Virus record (IMG/VR): IMGVR_UViG_3300030380_006483
DNA: 64,000 bases
Source of the DNA: a virus
Reading direction: 5' to 3' (one strand)
The translations under genes were made by a program, and so were the position numbers. This document shows, piece by piece, positions 57,526 to 64,000 of this stretch. The notes under the pieces were generated by a model, which was not told the origin of the DNA, searched no databases, and was given only the letters and a program-made list of their open reading frames with translations. Position 1 is the first letter of the stretch, and every line of letters starts with the position of its first letter.

Positions 57526-58299
57526 ATGCTTAAAAGAATAGACGATTATTCTAAACGTCTCCCAGTATTAGAATTATACACAGCAGTACAATCGGAGGGA
57601 TCCAGACAAGGATATCCTACTATTGTAGTTAGAACAACAGGCTGTACACACAGATGTTATTTTGGAGAAGGTGGATGGTGTGATAGCTGGTATACATCAA
57701 TACATCCTGAAAAAGGAAAATATAATTTTCAAGATATTATTGATATGTACGATAAACATCCCCATATAAAGGAGATGATGTTAACAGGAGGATCACCAAC
57801 AATGCATCCTGCTTTAGTAAATGAATTAACACACCTAGCAAATGAAAGAAATATTTTCATTACCATCGAAACTGAGGGATCTCATTTCCTTCCCACTGAC
57901 TTTCCTATTGGTCTCCTTAGTATTAGCCCTAAATTCAGTAATTCAGTTCCTACTCTCGGTGCTACAACTCCTCAAGGACATACTGTGGAGCAGAAGATGA
58001 TTGATAGACATAACAAGTATAGATTAAATAAAGAAGCTATAAAAAAGTCTATTGAATATCATAATGATTACCATATTAAACCCGTATTAGATAAAGATTT
58101 AACTATGGTAGGTGAAGTAGAAGAATTCATTAAAGAACTAGACATTCCAGATCATAAAATTTGGGCAATGCCAGCAGGTGATGATAGGGAATCATTATTT
58201 GAAAGTTATGGTCCTGTAATGAACTTTGTAAGGGATAGAGGTTGGAGATATACCGGTAGATCCCATATAATGGCCTTTGATACAGAAAGAGAGGTTTAA
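57526..58299 (+). CDS. queE: 7-carboxy-7-deazaguanine synthase (radical SAM)
   Basis: ELYTAVQSEG, VRTTGCTHRC...WCDS (Cx3Cx7C), LTGGSP, TIETEG and SISPK. Confidence 0.9.
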   Translation: MLKRIDDYSKRLPVLELYTAVQSEGSRQGYPTIVVRTTGCTHRCYFGEGGWCDSWYTSIHPEKGKYNFQDIIDMYDKHPHIKEMMLTGGSPTMHPALVNELTHLANERNIFITIETEGSHFLPTDFPIGLLSISPKFSNSVPTLGATTPQGHTVEQKMIDRHNKYRLNKEAIKKSIEYHNDYHIKPVLDKDLTMVGEVEEFIKELDIPDHKIWAMPAGDDRESLFESYGPVMNFVRDRGWRYTGRSHIMAFDTEREV

Positions 58300-58434
58300 A
58301 TGGATAAGGAAGAAGCACTCCAAATTTTAGAAGAAATAAAAGAAAATGTAAATGTCTGCTGTGCCGTTACTATGGAACCAGAAGATGTATTAGAATTAAT
58401 AGATAAATTAGAAAGTTATATAAATGAACAATAG
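58300..58434 (+). CDS. Unlisted 44 aa acidic protein
   Basis: MDKEEALQILEEIKENVNVCCAVTMEPEDVLELIDKLESYINEQ*; fills the queE-folE gap. Confidence 0.5.
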   Translation: MDKEEALQILEEIKENVNVCCAVTMEPEDVLELIDKLESYINEQ

Positions 58435-59116
58435 AAAACAACAACACACAGATTTAGAATCTGTACCAGTAGGTTACGCAAATGGTGTAGCACCTGGATT
58501 TCCTTTAACAGATAAGGAAAAACAAAAAATGATAGATCGTGCTGCAAAAGCATATGGTAAATTCTTAACTGAATTAAAATGTGATTGGGAAAATGATCCT
58601 AATTCGGCTGATACACCAAGACGTGTAGCTAAAGCCTATGTAAATGATTTATGGGAAGGTAGATATACTGCTATGAGTGAAGTAACATCTTTCCCAAGTG
58701 ATGGTTATGATGGTATAGTAATAGAAAGAAATATACCAATTACATCAATGTGTTCTCACCACCACCAAACTATAAAAGGTTTAGTACATATAGGTTATAT
58801 CGCAGATGAAGATGGTAGAGTAGTTGGATTATCTAAATTAAATAGGATAGTAGAATTATTTGGTAGAAGAGGAGCAATACAAGAACAATTAACATCAGCG
58901 ATTCACAATGCTGTAAACACTATTTGTACGAATAATAAAGGTGTTATTGTTACAGTAGTAGCTACACATAATTGTGTTAGTTGTAGAGGAGTAAAACATC
59001 ATGGAGCTTCAATGGTTACAACAAAAGCATCTGGTGTATTTATGCAAAATGAAAACTTAGCTAGAAAGGAGTTTTTTGATTCAATTAAAGTTAATAATGG
59101 AAATCATCCTGTATAA
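58424..59116 (+). CDS. folE: GTP cyclohydrolase I
   Basis: DTPRRVAK, SMCSHHH, VGLSKLNR, QEQLT and HNCVSCRGV. Confidence 0.95.
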   Translation: MNNRKQQHTDLESVPVGYANGVAPGFPLTDKEKQKMIDRAAKAYGKFLTELKCDWENDPNSADTPRRVAKAYVNDLWEGRYTAMSEVTSFPSDGYDGIVIERNIPITSMCSHHHQTIKGLVHIGYIADEDGRVVGLSKLNRIVELFGRRGAIQEQLTSAIHNAVNTICTNNKGVIVTVVATHNCVSCRGVKHHGASMVTTKASGVFMQNENLARKEFFDSIKVNNGNHPV

Positions 59117-59553
59117 TGGTAATAGAATTAAATGATAAAGCATTCCTATCATGGGATGACATAGAAAAACAAGTTGATAAACTTGTAGAACAAATAAATA
59201 AAATGGATAAAAAACCATTTTACATTTATGGTGTGCCTCGTGGAGGAGCCATTCCAGCTGTATGGTTATCTCATAAAACTGGTATAAAATATCAACAAAT
59301 TAATTCATCCCAAATATCAAAATCAGCAGATTTATCTCATGTATTGATAGTAGATGATATTTGTGATTCAGGAGAAACAATACAAAAACTTAAAGAAGAT
59401 TTCCCTAAGTGTTTAACTGCAACTTTATATCATAAAGAATCAGCAATTGATAAACCAGATATTTATGGAGAAATATCCACGTATAATTGGTTATATTTTC
59501 CTTGGGAAAACCAACAATCCTCAGAAGTAAGAGATAACACATATGGGTTATAA
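59116..59553 (+). CDS. Type I phosphoribosyltransferase (Gpt/Hpt-like)
   Basis: GVPRGG, PRPP loop LIVDDICDSGET and WLYFPWE. Confidence 0.88.
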   Translation: MVIELNDKAFLSWDDIEKQVDKLVEQINKMDKKPFYIYGVPRGGAIPAVWLSHKTGIKYQQINSSQISKSADLSHVLIVDDICDSGETIQKLKEDFPKCLTATLYHKESAIDKPDIYGEISTYNWLYFPWENQQSSEVRDNTYGL

Positions 59554-60607
59554 TATTCTAGGAGTTACTCCTGGTCATAATGGTTCTATAGCTTTAGTTT
59601 CAAACGGAAAATTAGTTTTTTATTTAGAAGAAGAAAGATTATCTAAGGTAAAAAAAGATGCTAATCCATTAAAGACACTTTATTTTTCATTACAAAAATA
59701 TAAGATAGATGAAGTAGTATTATGTGGTGCCGGACGTCAATCACCAAACTTAGTCCGTAAAGGAGAGGATTTATATTATTCTATATCTAGAAAATTTTAT
59801 CCTAAAGTAAAATTCACTAGTTATGAAGATCATCATCATCTAACACATGCAGCTTCTTCATTTTATACTTCTGGTTTTCAAAAATCTTTAGGAGTAGTAA
59901 TTGATGCCCAAGGATCCAATTTTAATTATAAAGGAGAAAAAATATTTGAAAATGATTCTTTATTTTATTGTGAATATCCTAATAATATTAATCCAATCCA
60001 TAAAATATATCTTTCTGATTCTATTAGTCATTCAACTAAACAAGAAAAAATTACACCCTTTTTTTCAACAGCAAAGGTTTATGAAGCAGTAAGTGAATAT
60101 TTAAATTTTCATGAAGAAGAGGGTAAAACTATGGGTTTATCTTCTTATGGTAAGTCTAATTCTTTTATTTTAGATTTTTTAAAGGATGGAATAATAAACC
60201 CTAAATATTATACACATGAAAAAACTTATGGTTCTATATACCCAAAAATGAAGTTCCCTAAAAATATCCCTCCTAAAGATATAGCATGGGAAATTCAAAA
60301 TAAATCCCAACAAATAGTAGGTGATTATATAGAAAAAGGAATTAAAGAAACAGGATTAAAACAAGTTTGTTGCGCTGGAGGTTATTTTTTAAACTGTGTA
60401 TCAAACTATTATTTAAAAAAAAGATTTCCTGATATAGATTTCTATTTTGACCCAATATCCCATGATGGTGGAACCTCAATTGGAGCAGCTTTATATAGAT
60501 GGTACAACCACTCTCAGGATAAGAGTATAAGACCTAGAAAAAATTTGTATAATGGTTTTAAATATTCTAAAAAAGAATTAAAAAAAATAATTAAAAAATA
60601 TTTATAA
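59543..60607 (+). CDS. Carbamoyltransferase N-terminal domain only, copy 2
   Basis: Same motif set (HHLTHA, IDAQG, GKTMGLSSYG, GGYFLNCVSNY, HDGGTSIGAA); stops after LYNGFKY. Confidence 0.9.
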   Translation: MGYNILGVTPGHNGSIALVSNGKLVFYLEEERLSKVKKDANPLKTLYFSLQKYKIDEVVLCGAGRQSPNLVRKGEDLYYSISRKFYPKVKFTSYEDHHHLTHAASSFYTSGFQKSLGVVIDAQGSNFNYKGEKIFENDSLFYCEYPNNINPIHKIYLSDSISHSTKQEKITPFFSTAKVYEAVSEYLNFHEEEGKTMGLSSYGKSNSFILDFLKDGIINPKYYTHEKTYGSIYPKMKFPKNIPPKDIAWEIQNKSQQIVGDYIEKGIKETGLKQVCCAGGYFLNCVSNYYLKKRFPDIDFYFDPISHDGGTSIGAALYRWYNHSQDKSIRPRKNLYNGFKYSKKELKKIIKKYL

Positions 60608-60609
60608 TT

Positions 60610-60996
60610 ATGAAAGACTTTAATTCAAAAGATAAATCTAAAGGGTTAGGAGATACAATAGCAAAAATTACTAATGCTACTGGTTTAGATAAAATAGCCG
60701 ATGCTGTAGCTAAAGCAGCAGGCGCCGAAGATTGTGGTTGTAATAAAAGGAGAAAAACATTAAATGAACTTTTTCCTTACACTAAAAAAACAGAAATTAA
60801 AAAACCACATATTAATACTAAACCTTTAGATAAAATTACTGGAAAATATGAGGTTATTCAAAAAATTCATTGTACCTTACCAGAATTAGGAAGGATAACT
60901 TTTAATAAAGGTTCTGTTTTATTAATAGATAAAAAACACCCTTTATATAAAGATATTTCTTTTTACTATAAAAAAAATATTATTAAAAAAATATAA
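60610..60996 (+). CDS. Hypothetical phage protein (GLGDT...CGC motif)
   Basis: GLGDTIAKIT.ATG...EDCGCNKRRKTLN. Confidence 0.6.
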   Translation: MKDFNSKDKSKGLGDTIAKITNATGLDKIADAVAKAAGAEDCGCNKRRKTLNELFPYTKKTEIKKPHINTKPLDKITGKYEVIQKIHCTLPELGRITFNKGSVLLIDKKHPLYKDISFYYKKNIIKKI

Positions 60997-62736
60997 ATGG
61001 CATATAATATTCTAGGAATTAATCCTGGCCATAATGGTTCTGCCGCCGTAATTTCAGATGGTAAGTTAGTTTATTATTTAGAAGAAGAAAGATTAACAAA
61101 AGAAAAAAGAGATGGAAATCCTTTTAAAACTATAATCGATATTTGTTCTAAGTTTTCTATTAACGAACTAATAATAGGGGGAACAAACACCCCAGCTGAA
61201 AGGTCAACTTTATCTTATACTAAAGAAAATCCCTATTTTTCTCTTGTAAGAAAATTAAATTTAGGAATAGAAGACTATACAAATTTATCCAGCAGCCACC
61301 ATTTATTGCATGCTTTTAGTAGCTTACATAATTCCCCATTTCAATCTGCTGCTGTTATAGTAGTAGATGGATGTGGGTCTTGGCTACACTATAATGATAT
61401 TGCTCCTTTTTCTTCACTTGCAATAGAAGAAGGTAAAAATAATAATGTTCATGAAGCTGAAAGTATATATGAGATAAATACAAATAAATTTCCAATTGAA
61501 GAGGGGATAGAAAAACATTATGTTAATTATATTAGTAATAATATTAATGTTGAAACTAAATTTATTAATAGAAATCCTGGAATAGTTAAAGTATATGAAG
61601 GTATAACCGATTATTTAGGTTTTCATCCTTTAGATGCAGGAAAAGTAATGGGTTTATCTTCTTATGGTAAGTCAAATCCAAACATTCCTCCTTTATTTGT
61701 AAATCATAAAGGTAATTTAGATATATTTAAACCATCATACCCAGCAAAATGTGAATTATTAACTAACAACACCCCAGTACTACATGGTAATCAAAAAACC
61801 AAAGACTTTCATCATGATAAATCAAAACTTAATATGGTTTATGCTGATTTAGCTTATGAAGTACAAACCCAAACAGAAAAAGAAATACATCACTTAATTG
61901 AAAAAGCTATAAATTTAACAGGTAATAATAATATTTGTATTACTGGAGGGTATGGGTTAAATTGTGTAGCTAATTATAACATGAAAAAAAAATTCCCTAA
62001 GATAAACTTTTTTCATGATCCTGTATCTTTTGATGGGGGAATATCAATAGGTGCAGCATACTTAGGATGGTTAATAAAAAAAGAGAAAAACGATAAATCA
62101 AAATCATTTTCACTTTATTTAGGCCCTAAATATTCTTTAAAAAAATATAAAAAACAAATTAAAAATTATTCAAAAATGTTTAACACTTATAAAGTAAATT
62201 ATAAAGATGTAGCTAAAATAATTTCAGAAAGAAATATAGTTACAATATTCCAAGGCAGATCAGAGGCTGGTCCTCGTGCTTTAGGAAATAGGTCCATTTT
62301 ATACGATCCAACAGACCCTAATGGTAAGGATTTTGTAAATAAAGTTAAAAAAAGAGAATGGTTTAGACCATTTGCTGGTACTGTTTTATTAGAAAAAGCT
62401 AATGAATATTTTGATATGGCTGGTTTAAAAGAATCTCCGTTTATGATGTATGCAATGGATGTTTGGCCTGATAAACAAGATAAAATTCCTTGTATTACCC
62501 ACGTAGATGGTACTTGTAGAATCCAAACATTAACCGAAGAACAAAATCCACATTATTATAAATTAATTCAAGAATTTGAAAAAATAACAGGTGTACCTAT
62601 TTTATTTAATACTTCATTTAATTTAGCAGGTGATCCACTTGTAGAGACAATTGAAGATGCATTAGAAACAATGCTTAAAAGTGAAATGAAATATATGTAT
62701 GTTCCTGAATTAGAAATGCTTTTAGAGAAAAAATAA
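60997..62736 (+). CDS. Full-length carbamoyltransferase (NodU/CmcH/TobZ family)
   Basis: N-domain motifs plus C-terminal YrdC-like domain: FQGRSEAGPRALGNRSIL, VKKREWFRPFA, THVDGTCRIQT and LFNTSFN. Confidence 0.95.
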   Translation: MAYNILGINPGHNGSAAVISDGKLVYYLEEERLTKEKRDGNPFKTIIDICSKFSINELIIGGTNTPAERSTLSYTKENPYFSLVRKLNLGIEDYTNLSSSHHLLHAFSSLHNSPFQSAAVIVVDGCGSWLHYNDIAPFSSLAIEEGKNNNVHEAESIYEINTNKFPIEEGIEKHYVNYISNNINVETKFINRNPGIVKVYEGITDYLGFHPLDAGKVMGLSSYGKSNPNIPPLFVNHKGNLDIFKPSYPAKCELLTNNTPVLHGNQKTKDFHHDKSKLNMVYADLAYEVQTQTEKEIHHLIEKAINLTGNNNICITGGYGLNCVANYNMKKKFPKINFFHDPVSFDGGISIGAAYLGWLIKKEKNDKSKSFSLYLGPKYSLKKYKKQIKNYSKMFNTYKVNYKDVAKIISERNIVTIFQGRSEAGPRALGNRSILYDPTDPNGKDFVNKVKKREWFRPFAGTVLLEKANEYFDMAGLKESPFMMYAMDVWPDKQDKIPCITHVDGTCRIQTLTEEQNPHYYKLIQEFEKITGVPILFNTSFNLAGDPLVETIEDALETMLKSEMKYMYVPELEMLLEKK

Positions 62737-62740
62737 AATT

Positions 62741-63937
62741 ATGAAAATATTAGGATTTAATCCTTCTCATCATAGCTCTACTTGTATAGTAAATAATGGT
62801 GAAATAGAATACTTCATCCAAGAAGAAAGAATAAATAAAATGAAATATGTTTCTTTCCCAATGGAATCTTTTATAGAACTCCTAAAAAACAGAACCCCAG
62901 ATGTAGTATGTTTCGCTGGTGCTAGTATATCTTTTCCACTTTGTGGCCAATCAGATGACAACCTTTGGCATGTAATAACTGATATTTACTTAAAAGAAAA
63001 TTATGAATTTTTTGATTTTTCTTTTAGTTATGATCAAAAGAATAAACCTAATGATGGAGGATTCCATCATATTGCACATGCTTCTAGTGCTTTTTACAAT
63101 TCAGGCTTTAAAGAAGCTTTATGTTTAGTAGCAGATGGATTAGGATCTATTATTTTAAATAGTGGTACTGAAACTGAAACTCTTTTTAAATTTTCATATC
63201 CATCTTTTTTTGAAATACTACATAAAAAACTATATATGGACAACTTTCCTAAACATGTATCAGAATCTCTCCCAGATAATATGACAATAACAACAAAAGT
63301 AAACCTAAGTAGAGTTTATGAAACTGTAACAATGTGGTTAGGGTTTAGTAGGAATGATGCTGGTAAAACTATGGGTTTATCTTCTTATGGAAAATATAAT
63401 AAAAATATTCCTAATTTTTTAGATAAAGAAGGAGATGGAGACCCCAATGTAATTATTGTTGACCGTGATAGAAAAGGAGAATATGAAATTGAAAAAGGAT
63501 ATCAGTGTACTTTTATAGATAAAGAAAAGAATCCTTATTTAAAAAACCAAGATGCAACAAAATGGCACCATAATAAATCAAATATAACAGACTTAGAAAA
63601 AGACGTAGCTTGGAAAGTTCAAGATGAAACACAAAAAAGAATAGGTGATATAATAGAAAAAGGAATTAAAGAAACAGGATTAAAACAAGTTTGTTGTAGT
63701 GGGGGTTATTTTTTAAATTGTGTTGCAAACTATTATCTTGTAAAAAGATTTCCTGATATAGATTTTTATTTTGACCCAATAGCTAATGATGCTGGTACAG
63801 CTATGGGAATAGCTCAATTAGTTTATCATCACAAAACTAGAGATACTACTATAAGACCTTTAAAATCTTTATATTTAGGTCCAAAATATCCAAAAGAAGA
63901 ACTATTAAAAGAAATTAAAAAATATGTGGATAACTAA
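62741..63937 (+). CDS. Carbamoyltransferase N-terminal domain only, copy 3
   Basis: HHIAHA, ADGLG, GKTMGLSSYG, GGYFLNCVANY and NDAGTAMG; stops after LYLGPKY. Confidence 0.9.
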   Translation: MKILGFNPSHHSSTCIVNNGEIEYFIQEERINKMKYVSFPMESFIELLKNRTPDVVCFAGASISFPLCGQSDDNLWHVITDIYLKENYEFFDFSFSYDQKNKPNDGGFHHIAHASSAFYNSGFKEALCLVADGLGSIILNSGTETETLFKFSYPSFFEILHKKLYMDNFPKHVSESLPDNMTITTKVNLSRVYETVTMWLGFSRNDAGKTMGLSSYGKYNKNIPNFLDKEGDGDPNVIIVDRDRKGEYEIEKGYQCTFIDKEKNPYLKNQDATKWHHNKSNITDLEKDVAWKVQDETQKRIGDIIEKGIKETGLKQVCCSGGYFLNCVANYYLVKRFPDIDFYFDPIANDAGTAMGIAQLVYHHKTRDTTIRPLKSLYLGPKYPKEELLKEIKKYVDN

Positions 63938-63960
63938 TTTAAAAATATTATATTATCAAT

Positions 63961-64000
63961 ATGAAAAAATCAAACGTACCTTTTGTAAATGAAGTAGAAG
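63961..64000 (+). CDS. Start of next gene (truncated by window edge)
   Basis: ATG at 63961 (MKKSNVPFVNEVE), preceded by TGTG-N20-TATATTAT; too short to assign. Confidence 0.4.
   Translation, partial: MKKSNVPFVNEVE

Noticed and set aside
57634-57690. QueE Cx3Cx7C spacing as a novel radical SAM type
   Set aside because: QueE enzymes are known to tolerate variant cluster-loop spacing, and the rest of the protein is typical.
2637-62961. Minus-strand and alternate-frame ORFs in the track (e.g. 6710..7114, 12069..12692, 18933..19295, 29537..29920, 53609..53839)
   Set aside because: They are shadows of plus-strand genes, often created by repeat-rich stop-poor sequence, and have no recognisable motifs. 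Plus-strand coding already tiles the window.
56345-63937. N-only carbamoyltransferases as pseudogenes or frameshift-broken genes
   Set aside because: There are no internal stops and the catalytic motifs are intact. All three end at the same linker, and the sequence after each stop encodes no C-domain in any frame that I could see.
1-64000. Stop-codon reassignment as seen in some large phages
   Set aside because: Core genes are full length under the standard code, TAG and TGA end genes at sensible positions, and no suppressor tRNA is seen.

Overview
A 64 kb AT-rich, all-plus-strand segment of a large myovirus with a T4-like morphogenesis module. The host is probably Bacteroidota: promoters look like TTTG-N20-TAYATT and there are no obvious Shine-Dalgarno sites. 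Positions 1-37.6 kb hold the terminase C-terminus, portal, head-associated genes, prohead protease, scaffold, major capsid, neck and tail-terminator genes. They continue with a cluster of Ser/Thr/Gly-rich fibre genes interrupted by a GT4 + Aah/TibC-type heptosyltransferase fusion, then sheath, tube, a frameshift-type tail chaperone pair, tape measure and baseplate genes. Positions 37.6-47 kb are a replication module: a very short family A polymerase, gp32-like SSB, RecA/UvsX, 5'-3' exonuclease, DnaB/gp41 helicase and NrdBA. Positions 47-64 kb are accessory genes and include a 7-deazaguanine pathway (folE, queD, queE, a Zn-less queC and a TGT/DpdA-like gene), an initiator tRNA-Met and three 2OG-Fe(II) oxygenases (one sits in the replication module). 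They also include a methyltransferase, a phosphoribosyltransferase, an orphan fibre paralog and four NodU/CmcH carbamoyltransferase paralogs, three of which stop at the inter-domain linker. The best candidates for undescribed biology are the one-full-plus-three-half carbamoyltransferase array beside the deazaguanine genes, possible phage-encoded O-glycosylation of virion fibres, two structured RNA leaders (22.7 kb and upstream of queE), a +1/-2 frameshift at the tail chaperone, and a head protein carrying a copy of the capsid N-arm. All family calls come from recalled motifs; no database searches were run.
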